From Girardia tigrina (taxonomy: Eukaryota), in assembly GCA_001938485.1 (NCBI GenBank), contig MQRK01209551.1:19758-73121 (forward strand): 53,364 nt of DNA, read 5' to 3'. Both the position numbers and the translations under genes were made by a program. This document shows positions 33,874 to 47,800 of this stretch, one piece after another. Below the pieces are notes generated by a model that was given only the letters and a program-made list of their open reading frames with translations, was not told where the DNA came from and did no database searches. The stretch's first letter is position 1. Every line of letters starts with the position of its first letter.

Positions 33874-36800
33874 TTAAGACGAAAAAATATTTTATATTAT
33901 TTTAAAAAAAATTAATATATTTAAACAAAATATTCAACAAATTACAAAAAAAATAAAAATGTTTAATTTTAGAATTTATTGAAACATATTTTTTTAGAAA
34001 AAAATATTTATAAAATTTGTCAACTCAAATGTTATAAAAATATATTTTATTAATATATTTAAATAATCTTTTTTTAATTATTTGTTTTATTTTCCAAAAT
34101 ATATAATTTAAAGATTAAAAGAAGTATTTTTAGGGATTTTAAGACACGTTTTATTTGTATTTTATTTTTATAATTATTAAACTAAAACTGATTAAAATAT
34201 TTCTTTTTGGGATTAAAAAAATTTTATTCAGTAAAAAACAAAAAAAACATTTGCAAAATTCGTGAAAGAGGTAATTTATTAAAATTATCAATTTTTCGTT
34301 TAAATTGAAGAAACTAAATGCTAAAAGGAAGACAAAATGAATATTTATAAATATTTATTTTTGTTTTTGAAACATTTAATATCTTTATATTATATCAGTA
34401 AATATTTACAAAAACACAACTTTAATTATTAAAGAAATATTGTTTATATCTATTAAAAAATGCGAATGATTAAAACAAAATATATTTAAAAATTTAAATT
34501 TTCTATTATTTATCATATTATTTAATGAAATTAATTTAGTTTTTGACATTAAAATGTATTAAAAAATATTAAAAATATATTCACAATATAAATTATAAAT
34601 TAAATTCCAAATTATTTGAAACTAGAAAATGTTTCTTAAAAAGTTTAATAAATAAAATGATTTCTTTTAAAACCAAAAAATAAATGATGTATAATTAATA
34701 AATATAATATCTTTAAAACCAAATTATTCTCTCCCTCTTCTCTCGCTACTTTTACAACGATCATAGCGATCCAAAAGAACATCGATTTATCCGAATATAA
34801 CACGTTTTTTGTTGCTATCAATTAACACATAAAATCAAAGAAAAATAAACATTTTTTATAAAATTACAAGTAAAACAAATTTTTAATACTTTTAATAAGT
34901 ACTTTAGCTCGTTGTGTTGAGGGGGTACTGGCGTGATTTGATTTATTTTATGAAGAATAACAAGAATGAAAACAACGTTTCGTTTTATGAATGTTTATTA
35001 AATCACAATTCGCAAGGAAATTTACAGTTGAAAAACTTAACTCAAGATTTTATGATAGGAAATTGGAATAAATATTATCACTATCTTTTACATTAATAAA
35101 AATAAAAATCATTTCAAACTTCCCTCAAATTCGTACTTTTCGTATATTAGATCAGTTCGGATTAGTTCTGTCGTTTGCTCCCTTTCTCTCTCGTTAATCA
35201 CTTTCAAAATTGTTCTCGAAATTAGCATATGTCAAAATACAATTCGCGATGGTCAGGGTTCAATTATGACCCTGCCAGAATGTTGGTCGAAGTCCGAAAG
35301 TAATTAAATAATTCTTGTTTTTGTTCAATTCTTTCAAAATTTTCTTCTTTTTACACTTTTTGATTAAATAATATTTATTTTTATTTACAAAAATTTATAT
35401 CATATGATTATTTTTTTTTGTTGTAAATAAATTACTGTTTATTTTCTTCTTATTTCCTTTTAAACATTTTTAATTTGTTTTTATTAACTCAATTTATATA
35501 AATAATTTAACAGTAATGTAAATAAAATATCTTTTATTTTAAAAAATTAAAACAAAATTTTATTTAAAATATTTTATTAATATATTTTAAATATACCTTA
35601 TACCTTGATTTTACTAAGCCTTCAAAAATGTTAAGGTTGTCTCTTTTAACTGATGTGTAATGTTGGCATTAAATTGATAATACGTTTTGTAACGAATACA
35701 TATTGTTGGGTATTACAATTAAATCTCGTTTTTATCTTTGCTTATATTAAACTAATAATCTGACTCCAAATCGACCAAAAGGTTTCTTCCAACAATAATA
35801 TATAAAGAATGAACATAAATCGTTTTAATAAACTTTATTTGCAAATGACAACTTAAGCACAAAACTGAAATTGAATCTTTATCACTAAATCAAAAGTTTG
35901 AAGCACACTCAATCAAGACAAATCAATATTAATTTATAACGAGCAATATCTGAACATTAAATTTCAATCTTTCTCCCATACAGGATATTCGATTTGTAAA
36001 TAAAAAGATTACCGTAATTCATTGAGTTTAAAACTTCAATTTATATTTTTTGTCCGAAATTTTTTGTGTGAAAAATACTAAAATAATAATTGTTTATATA
36101 CTAGTTTTTTCTAACCTTGAAAATTAGTTTGCTGAAACAAATCTAAAAATATTTACAAATATTATACAAATTTTATTAAAAATAATGTAAATCGAAAATT
36201 ATTGATTTTTAACAGAAAATTATTTTTTAATTAATTTTTTTTACAAAAACTTTTGATTAAAAATTTAAATTCATATTTTGAAACCCCAACAATATGAAGG
36301 ACTCAATGTGTTTGTAATGAAGAGTAAGAATGTAAGCAAAATGTCCCTACTCAAACACCTAACGAGATGCCATATTCACTATTTGCGGCATTACCAAATA
36401 AAAAGCAAAATATATTGAAGTTCAATTTACAAAAAAATTCATTGAGAGAGATTCTTAAGAGGCGTAAAGTTGACTAAAGGGTATTGATGAATGATTTTCC
36501 TTGAATGATTGTGAATAAAATATAAAACGGAATTCTTAACTCATGACAAGATGTGGAATTAGTTCCGTGAATTGTTTTAGTAAAGAAGTTGATTCTGGAT
36601 AGTTTTGTCGAGCTGAAATATATGAAATAAGATACGAAAGAAAGATTTGTCATTTAAAATTTTAGTCAAACAGCTACTGAATAAAGTCTTGTCCTCGGAC
36701 CTCAGTCGACATCAAATTGTGAATAAATTTTTAACAAAACTGAGAAAAAAAACCTGTTTGGTAATTTCAGGTGGGGAAACAATGCTTCATAGACCGGACC

Positions 36801-38644
36801 ATCGAAATAAGCAATCGAATCTCAAATAACCGGTCAAAAGTTTTTGAGTAATACTAAATATTTTGAGATTCTACCGGAATCCTACAGTTAGACCACTCTA
36901 AAAAGTATACCAAAATACTCCAATGAAGCGTTCGGTCATTTTTGTATTTGAAAAACTCAATCTAACAACTAGTTCGAGTTGGCAAACTTTAGAAATCGGT
37001 ACAGTTCTATCCATTATGAAACCACATTTCAAGTGAGGCTGCGATCTGAGAAAAACCGTGGAATTTTACTCAATAAAAATTTTAGTTTTTCTTTGTCCGC
37101 AGTTTTCCCCCGTAGAAGCAATGAAAACATAAGTGGTTTTTAAGATAGTATTCTTTATATTTTTTTCTTGTCACATTATTTTATTTTTTTTTAATTACAC
37201 ATGGATTAATTGTAATTTGGAGATAATTTGAATACAGAGTCTTTTTTAAAAGGCCAATTTATAATTTCTGAGTTTGTTTTGTCTAAAATAAAAAATTAAA
37301 TATAATATATGATTTTCTGTAAAGGAACTCATGAAATAATTTAATGTGTTGTTTAAAGAAAATATTTCCGATATGATAGTCATTTAATTATAATTTATTA
37401 ATTAAATAATTTAATTATCTACATATCACACTGCTGCCTTATGGAAGATTGAGTTAAGGTGATTATGGCAACGGTTGACAGTTGTATCTGCACGGCAGCC
37501 ATAAGCCAAGTAAATAGTGCAATTGTGAGCAAACATGGAAGCCACATTCACAAACTTTTCAAACGCTCTATATTTCACATATTGTGTTTTACACTTTCTT
37601 TCAGCATGTGCTAAAATATATGCTTCAAAGTAGTCATTAATATTTTCTACTTACCATTTTACATTCACTTTCTGTGCTTGTACCATTTCATAGTATTTTG
37701 AAAAGTGCTGATAGTGGATTTTTCTGTTGCGAAAGAGCCAATGTGTGTATTTGTGATTGAGTCTTCTATTATAACAGCGAAGTTTAAATCTTCTGTTGTT
37801 GCAAAAGCGTCTGGTTATGATCACAAAAAATAGAAAGAATTATAAATATTTTATTAACATTTTATTGACTTTGGAGGTTTTACTGTGACTTTTTTGATGT
37901 TTCTTAATGACAGGTTGGAGAATGTCTTATCAATAGAGATGCATAGAACTGCTGCTCGTAATTAGTAATTGCTTACTAATTTGGGTTTTTCATTCCAAAT
38001 GAGCCAGAGTTACGATGATACAGTCCGTGATAATTAAATTTGTAAACCAAATAGGTTGTCTGTTCACAAACTCTTTTCGATTAGTTTAAGATGATTCTTT
38101 GTAATTTGGAATTGATTAAAACCACTTTAACACTAAATATTTCTATACATCCTCTTATTAAATATTGAAAAAATCCCTTTAGAATATTATCTTTAAAGGA
38201 TTTGTTTGTGCACTTCAATACTTTCTTACTTTAAAACTATTTTAACCCGTATCTATGCATATTATTTGTTCAGTGTTATCCTTAGTTATGCATTATATGC
38301 TTCTTTGTTTTCCTTTTGTTCCTCAAGCGTCCCAAAAAATATTCAAACAATTAGATGGGATTTAAAAATCAGAAGACAGATTTCAAAATTTTTGGACTAT
38401 ACCTCTCTCTTTATTTTTCATCACAATAGATCTTTGATATTGTATAAAGTAAAGGTTGTGTAGTAAGAGTACAACCTTAACAAAATGGTTTTGATTACAA
38501 GATACAGTTCTGTGCAGCACTGTTGATAAGAAACAATCCAATCAATTATTAATTAACATTCGAAATAGGCAAAGTAAAGCACTCCAATCGATTAAAGATT
38601 AACAAATTTGACCAATAAAATTCTGATTAATCTGTATTATTGTA

Positions 38645-38690
38645 TAATTGCTGATGATGAAATAAGAAAGTTCATCGGAACATGTCCCAT
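38645..38690 (+). ncRNA. Degenerate hammerhead motif (same family as 8498-8539)
   Basis: attg-CTGATGA-t-gaaataagaaagttcatc-GGAA-CATG-TC; core GAAA mutated to GGAA. Confidence 0.5.
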
Positions 38691-38862
38691 GATCGATCAT
38701 ATTTTCACAAATGCTTTAATTAATTAATAAATAATAATGTGATGAATAATAGTAAACTAACAATCTTTGTATATAAATATATCAAAAACAGTGAGACAGT
38801 AAGATCGATATGTATATATTTACGCAATAAAATACAAAATAAATCCTTTTTATTGGTTATTT

Positions 38863-41800
38863 TTATGTTTTCTTTCCTCCTTTTTTCTTTTTCTTCGACC
38901 CAGGAGCTAGTTTGCAAATATTGTCATACATATCTTGATTCAATAGATGACACATTCGAACTCCAATTTGAGGAAATTTATTAGCTTTTCTCTCAAGCAA
39001 TCCCTCCAGTATTAGCCGGGCAGCCATATCACTTACGTCACTTCCATAAAGATCAATTTCTTCCAAATCTTTACATGAAATAATCAATCTAACAAGAATA
39101 TTACAAAACAATTGCTAGGAAATATAAGCCACACCTTTTTATTTGCTGCATCGCAATCATGGGTGTAAAGGTTTCCCAGAGTCCATATCGGCCAATTTTA
39201 TTATTTGCCAGATTTAGTTTGCATATTTCCGGTCCAGGTAAAAGCATTACTTGTTTTGTTACTTTTGGTTTTTTCTTCTTTTCTGATATCTTTAAAGGTA
39301 AAAAAGTAGACCCGAATAATAAAAAATACTTTTAGGTTTTTCAACTACAACCGGTTCTGATTCCGGAGAAGTACCATCAGGATTGAGAACAGGTTCAGTT
39401 GGAACTATTTCTAGTAATTCTAAAAAGAAATTTATTTTATAATGACAAATATTTTGGATCAATTAAAACCAGTTTGTTTAAAATATCAAAACACAATATT
39501 TTCTAAACAGTGATATTATTAAGATATCTAATTTTTCCAATCTTTTTAAAATCTTTGATAATTTTAAATCGATTTTTGTTTAAATAAAAAAATTCATAAA
39601 TCAGATTTCAGATAAAATAATATCGTTAATCTATTCAAAATTTTGTATTCATACAAAGTGAATCAGTGATTTTAAATCATGAGTGACAAAGTTCGCTCTG
39701 ATTGGTTGACCAATGAGAGCGAGTCAATCGATTCAAATTACAATCATTACCCACATACAATGCCATCCTGATAATGATAGTAGGTAATAATGAATCCTCA
39801 AAATATCGAGACAAAGAAGAAAAAATTAATTAATTATTTAAATTTAATTATTATTTTTTTAATATTAATTTAAACTATTTCACATATTATTATATATAAA
39901 AAGCTAGCAGCAATTCAGCAATGAACAGAAATAGAAATAATTTAAAAAATATAAATAAGAATTTTTGCGTATCTTTCGCAATCAGCGCGTATACACAAAT
40001 AAATGAACTACGCCCTTTTTATGAAGCTGAAAAATTCTGTAAGAAACCACATTCCATAACACAACATGCGAGTCCCATCACGTCACTGAGCATTTCTACC
40101 AGTTACAAATAATTGAATCTCGTGTTTAAATGCGAGTCACACTAAGTTATAAAAAATAAGTGGTACGATACCTCAAATACTTCTCCAAAAATGAATGTTC
40201 GTTAATTACGCACCAAATACAATACAGACTCCAAACAGAATTCAAAATTACTTACTAACTTCAGGTATTGAGAATTTCACTGCTGCAGCAGCAGCGGCGG
40301 CAGCAGCTGCAGCCTCTCTTTTGATGGCATCAGATATTTCTCCAACTAGAGCTATTACACCTTCATTCTGCAAAAAATTCTGTTCCAGAGATAATTCTCT
40401 AAAGACATTAATGTCATTTAAATATATTAATAATGAAAATAATGTATTATTAAAAGACAAATAATGCCTATGAATTTGAATTGTAATCGATTTGTGGTTA
40501 TGTCTGCAAATTAATCCCAGAGTATAATAAAGGGTGGACCAAAAGTAACTACACAATTTATTTAACTTATATTTTCTTTTCATTTTATTAAATTTAACAA
40601 ACAATAAAACAAAAATAAACTTTAAAAGTTATATTTTATTAATTTATCTTTTAAAGATTACATTATTTAGGTGTTTTCCATTTCCCGATTGACAAATTCT
40701 ANNNNNNNNNNNNNNNNNNNNNNNNNNNNNNNNNNNNNNNNNNNNNNNNNNNNATCTTATTTCCTCGGTTATAATTTTCTTTAGATCTGATATTGAACTT
40801 GGGTTTCTTTTGTATACACAGTCTTTTAGATAACCCCATAAGAAGAAATCAGGTGCGTTAAGATCTGGAGATCTTGGACGTCACTCAATGTTACCACATC
40901 TTGAAATAATTCTGTCACCAAAATTATCTCTTAGCAAATTCATAGTCTCATTTGCAGTGTGACATGTGACCCCGTCCTGTTGGAACCACATATCCGGTTT
41001 ATTTTTGATGAATAGTAAAACAATCTCTCTGATCATTTGACGATATCTTTTTTCCATTCACATTGATTTGGTAACCATCAGTATCTTCGAAAAAACAAGG
41101 CCCAATTATTGCTTCAGAAGTAATACCGCATCACACTGTGCATTTTTGGGGATTTGAAGTTCGTTCAATAACCTCCATGGGATTTTCTGAACCCCAGAAC
41201 CTCCAATTTTGCTTATTTATATACCCGTCCATCCAAAAGTGAGCCTCATCAGTCANNNNNNNNNNNNNNNNNNNNNNNNNNNNNNNNNNNNNNNNNNNNN
41301 NNNNNNNNNNNNNNNNNNNNNNNNNNNNNNNNNNNNNNNNNNGTTGAAGTTTTTGGCAGATCTGAATTTTGTAGGCTTTCATTTTCAGATCAATTTTTAA
41401 AATTCGCCTAAGAGATGTCCTCGAAATATTCAGATGACTCGAACGTTTTCTTGTCGATAATGTTGGTTTGAATTGAACATTTTCTTCTACGCGTTGGATA
41501 TTTTCTTCGGATCTCACAATCTTAGGACGCCCAAATCTTGACAAATCTACCACACATCCAGAAGTCAAAAATTTATTTAAAATATTTAAAATTGTTCTTC
41601 TCTCTGGAACATTTTTAGTTTTATAACGCTTTTGAAATTCGCACTGAACAGAAATAATTGAATTATTGAATTTTATTGAAGATTCGATCATAAAAATTCT
41701 TTGCCCCGTTGTGTATCTTGGCATGATAAAAATTCAAGGCCCATGGAATAAAATAATTTTAAAAATTTTAAACAAAAGTAAACCTGAAAAAAAATTTAAA

Positions 41801-44800
41801 CAGAATAAATTGTGTAGTTACTTTTGGCCCACCCTTTAGAAAGGAAAGTAATAGTAATATTACATCAACACATAAAAAGTTGCTAATTGGTAAAGTTGAG
41901 ATAAGTAATATATTTGGAGAAGATCATCCATGATAAAATATTTGATCCAGAAATCAAATGCCAAAATGTCTTCTTCTTCCTTAACTTTAATGAATATACT
42001 TTTATGATTTAGATGTGTACAATGATTTCATGAAAATCACTTTGCTTAATAAATGCTTACATGAATCATTGTCAGTTTTGTCTGATGATTGTGGTTAATC
42101 CGTCGAAGTCAAGGATTATCGAACTGGATGGGCCTTATTTGTCTTTAATAAATTGATAAATATTTAATTAGAATATTAATACAGAACTCAAAAATCCTTT
42201 GTCCATAATATTGGAAAATATTCAAGAATAACAGTTCATAATGAAAGAAGAGTGGGGCCATAAATGGATAAGAGAGAAGTCGATCAAATGGACATATGGT
42301 GTTATTGATTGGGAAAATATGCCATAATTAAAAGGAGTGGTTTCAGTAACAATCGCAACTTATGGGGAAGTAACACAGGTTCCACTTGACTCATGTTAAT
42401 ACCAAACTTAAAATTTGCATTTGAGAAATAGACATTATTTTGATATTTAATACATATTTAATAATTCATTTAAAAAATCATAAATAATTTAGACGAGTTA
42501 AAAATTGTAAGGATGAAACAAACAAACATTCATATTACTTTTTTTCTTAAAAGCAAGACAGTTTATGTCTGTATTAGGAGGTTGTAAAAAGAAATCACTA
42601 AAACAACATAATACGTTTATTAGATCATTTTGTGAGACAATGTTTGAAATTCTCTTTTTGGGTTTGAAAAAATACCACAAGTTTCAAGGGAAATAACGAA
42701 AGCGAGTCTCAAGAGACAGATTTTAAAAGATATGAATTAGGGAAGAGAGATATCTGTGACGTAAATACGGAGACAAACAACTCTCATCTCATTGCTTGTA
42801 CAACCCCGAATGAATAATTTGGTGACTACATTATGTCCTTAACAATGTTCCATGATGAAAGTATAATATTTTTTTCCGGATGTCATTAGAATAGCCCAAA
42901 GAAATCTTTCGCAAGGGCAAGCTAACCTAGAATCTTACGCAAAGTATTTCGCTTTTTAAAAATGGATAAAACCCTTCTCTCCAAGGAGTCATCATCTTTA
43001 AGAGTCATCATCTATAAAGAGAAAATTCATTTTTTATGTCGAAAATTCCGCATTAAAATAAAAGCAATTGAATCAAGTAAATCAATTGATTCCAAATTTG
43101 TACAAGTAAATTAAATTATCCTTAAAATTACACAAATACATAAATTAATCGCAGGATCATTTTATCAACTTGATCCAAAAATAAAATATAAATTATTAAC
43201 AACATCAATATGAGGTTTACAACATTTATTAATATCACAAGCGCATTCACTGATTGACATCTCTCTTGATCAATATATTTCTGAGTTCAAACTAATTATT
43301 TTCAATAAATGAAAATCTGTTAATAAAAATTATTAATTATAAAGAATCTAATTGGTTGAAATTAAATCTAANNNNNNNNNNNNNNNNNNNNNNNNNNNNN
43401 NNNNNNNNNNNNNNNNNNNNNNNNNNNNTCAAAAATTATTTTAAATCTTTTTACTTTAAAATTAAATTAAATTATTTTTAATTAGTAAGAATCAAAGAAA
43501 ATATCAATCATCCATCTGTGTAGGAGAGGCACAATCCGAAACAACATATAACATGCACAATATCAACACGCAATTCAAAACATTCCTCACACAAATATCA
43601 ATTAATCTAGTTTTATTCTGAAAAAGGCTGCATAACTTTTACTACTAGTACATTTAGTGCTAGACAAAACATCAAATGGACAATCCATAGAATGTTTTGC
43701 TCATATGAAATTTTGCTGGGACTAAATGTCATACCACTGGAGAACTAAGGGGCTCAAGAAGAACGTCTTATCTAAGAAAAGGTTTTGGAATACTTTCCAT
43801 ACTGCAATAACTTAAAGAGAATTTTAATATTGATATAAGATATAAGACTATTTTATAAGTTTTAAGACTTTTTACATAAGGATAACATATTAGGTCTTGT
43901 ATTTTTTATTTTTAAAATGAAAAGTTTTTCCACTTTTTGATGAAGAATATTGTTCAATATGATTACGTCTGGATCTATAGCGATAATTGAAATGTCAAAA
44001 TAATCTAAAGGGTACGGATATTGCTGGGTATTTGAATGTTTCGATCATGGTGTGATTCAACTTTCTCTGTTTATTTTTTGATTCAATAAAACCTTTACCA
44101 GCGACAATAAACATCCTTTCAGTTTGGCGTAAACATGTAAAGCCAGATATTTTCCACGTCATCTTGCTTCTTGGGTATACCATGTTAAATCAGATATTTC
44201 CGAGTTAGAATATCATTCTTCGACTGAGACATACTCCCAATTTAAAGCATTGTTCCTTCAACTGATCTACCTTCGACGAGAGTATGACTTTAGAGTCATA
44301 TCTCAAGCAATTTACGTGTTACGCATTTAAAATTTATTATCGTCTACTTGTACAGCAAACATTATCCATTAAAATACTAAACCTGATTGAACCACATCAA
44401 TTTCACGCCATCTATCATCAGTTGTAAGCATTGGTCCTTAGTAATCGCGTACTTGACATAGATCCCATATCGTCTTAAATCAAAGAATGAAAATTAAATT
44501 TAATTGAAATTGTAAATTAGTCAATAATCGATGAAGAGCTTGTACACACTTTACTGCAACGGGGAATACAATGAAACTGGAGGTTGTTAGATAGATGGAA
44601 GAATAGCCACATATACCTCAAGGCCGCATCTCAATTGAATTCAATGTAAACAGAATGATGAAGAGTCTAAAATACAATATTCTAAACTATGTTGGTGAAG
44701 ACCGGCACAAAGAATTTTGTGATGTTATGTTAAAAAATTAAGAGAAACCTGAACAAAAAGAAAATATAACTTTTCCGATGAAGCCACCGTTCATTTTTCT

Positions 44801-47800
44801 GGCCATATGAACAGACATGGTCTTCATTGTTACGCTGAAGAAAACCCTCATGTTGATTATGAAAAGTCAGCCAAGCATTAAAATTTGGGCAATGATTGAT
44901 TCAAAATGAATATGCGGTGTACACATCACTTTACTCTCCCTATTCGGAACATATTTGAAAACCCATTGTTTGACCATATCTTCGTTATCCTCGAACAAAA
45001 TATATTCAACATGATGGAGCTCCATCAAATTAATTTTCGGCTTGTCACAATATTTTAGATGACATTGTCAAACTAATGGATTGGTAGGTGTGGGTCCTTT
45101 GTTGGATTTGATCGGAGACAGAAATTATTTAAGATTCTTTTAGAATTTGTTTTGTGACCCGAATTTTTATCAAAAAGAATTTTGGGACTTTTGCAGTGAT
45201 TTGATGTTATTATTTAATATTAATGTTACAAACTGAAGTTTGCCTCAGGCACAATTACCACTAATAATTATTAAATAATTTTTAAAATTATGCTTATTCA
45301 AAATTTTATAAAAATTTAATTTTCAAACGAAGATGATTACCGGATATTGCTCTTTGCGATGACCTCACCTAACATGAACCCGCTCTCTTTTCCCAGACAG
45401 CAAGCGTTCAGACTTAAAGTATACAAATACGTACTTTTCTTCAGTTCTTGACAAAGAATTTCACATCCTTCATCGCCAAATCTAGAATTGGAAGATCAGT
45501 TTAGATTACATGAGAAATTATTTGAACTCATTAAAGTCCAGCACAAGTTCTCTGAGAGTGGGACACTTGTTGATTGAGGGTGCCAAAATAGTAAGGCATT
45601 TGACATCAAGGAAACAGTCTATTAATTCTAGTTTTATAAAATTATATATCTTTCGATGCAGAAGATATGCCTTAATGAACAAAAAATAAATAAATTATTT
45701 GGTTTTGTAAATTTAACAAAAAATGAAATTAATTGTAAAATTAACAAATTTTATTTATTAAAATTAGCGTCTAGAAATTGCGACCATCAAAGATAATAAC
45801 ATATTTGATTCATAGTTTAATCTTGTGAGTAACATATGTACTCAGGTGATGCTATAGCTTTTGAATGATTACAAATTTAGTAACTATATGATTCTATACC
45901 TACAAAAAGTCAAGTCATTATAAAAAATAATTTCTTTGCTGAACATTGATACTTTGACAGCGACATATGAGAAAAAATTTTCTATCCAAACGTGTTTTTA
46001 TAAATATATTTCTACAACAAATTTTCTGTCCAAGCGAAAAGTAGGTATAACTAAAGCAGAAGTACAAACATTTTATTTATTTAATTAAGCACGGTATAAA
46101 GGTGTGATTGAATGCCTCTGATTGGTTGATATTTCTGTCCCATAATTATATAGCACATGCCATGTTTCATTTATTTCTCTTAAGAAAATAGCTCCACAAT
46201 TGACTGATTTTCAACAAAGTATTAAATCTCTTTTTAGGAAGGAAGAGCTTATCTGGGGAATTCTTCTTCAACTCTTGGAAACAGTTTGCATTGATATTAC
46301 AACTCTTGATGAACTTAAAAGTGCTTTGCCAATCGCATGGAAGAACATCGACATGAAAATAATTTTCAAGGCCAAAGCTTCCTGGATTCCACGTCTTCGA
46401 AAGTGTTGTAACAATGACGAAGGACATTTTGAACATCTCATAACAGCAAGCTTATTTATGTAAATATAATTGTTTGTACTTATCACGTGTTTAATTAAAT
46501 ACACTTTGGTTTCATAAAATCATTTCGTTTTCTACTGGGCACCCTGTAGTATGTCATATCAAAGTATGTATTGAAAAAGGTATCAGTCTGCTTTAAATGT
46601 AATATTATTTAAACAAATTATTTAAAGTTTTATTATAAAAGTTTATTTAAAACGTTTTTAATAATTTTTTTCTTAGATTAGTTCTAATTTAATTAATTTA
46701 ATTAACAGAATTTTCAAAAAAAACGCATCCGACTAAGAATATACACTAATTAAATTGTAAACTTGTGAACGATCTTCCGGAAGCAGTCACGGAGACTACC
46801 CCTATTGTTTTACAATGAATGCTATAAAATAATTGCGTCTGTATTCTTAACAATTATTATTATTAATATTATTATTATTATCATTATTATTGGATTTTCG
46901 AAACAATATCCTTAATGTTCTAACCATTCCTTCCACAGAAACAATAAGATTATTTTGTTAAACTAAAATAGACTCAAAATAGATTAAAAGGAATAAAAAC
47001 CGAAAAGACAATTTTACAAAATTTACCAAAAGAAACTTTAATTAATCGAAAAATCAACTTATCGTCAATTTATATTTTACTATAACGAATAATTTTTAGT
47101 TCCTTACCTGACTTTCTCAGAATTTATTTACTGAATCACTTAATGAGAGTGTCGAAAGGAATATAAGTAAAACGTATAATAAATCGTTGCTATGGTACTT
47201 ATTCTATAGACAATTAATTGATGATATTTGAGTGAGTGTGCAAAATAAATCATTCCTCATCGCCGAATGCAAGGGACGCATTTGCAGCTTGGATATACGC
47301 GAGTCGCACGTCCATTGAAGTATGCCTCTGTGGGATGTAGAGCAAGTCCCTTCGACTCTCAAACAGAATAAAATCAAAATTACCTATGTACAAAAATTGC
47401 AAGTTTATTTCCCTCTGTTGGGAAATTCACGACAGCCTAATGAGAAATCAAACAATGAATATTTTCTTTAAACAGTCAAAAATTACAAAAAATTCTATTT
47501 GTACAACTCGAACGAGAAATATATTTTTTTTGAGAAAATATTTTTTTATCGTTGTATTTCAATTTGAGTAACGTGAGACGCCTATTTACGTTGACATGAA
47601 TCAGAAGGCTCTAAAGAGGGGTCCGCGGAGACATGGGAAGCAGGCGAATCATTGTGTATTAAAAAGGGAAACGCCCAAAAATAAGTAAATACATTAAAAT
47701 TATTCTTTTACAATAATTTATAAATAAATTAAATTAAAAATTTCCCATGTTTTCTAACATTCAATTTTTGATCCTGTCACTGCGCAATACTATGTGACAA

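Noticed and set aside
40195-40464. Plus-strand poly-Ala ORF
   Set aside because: Antisense of LRR exon 4; GCN repeats read as Ala on both strands.
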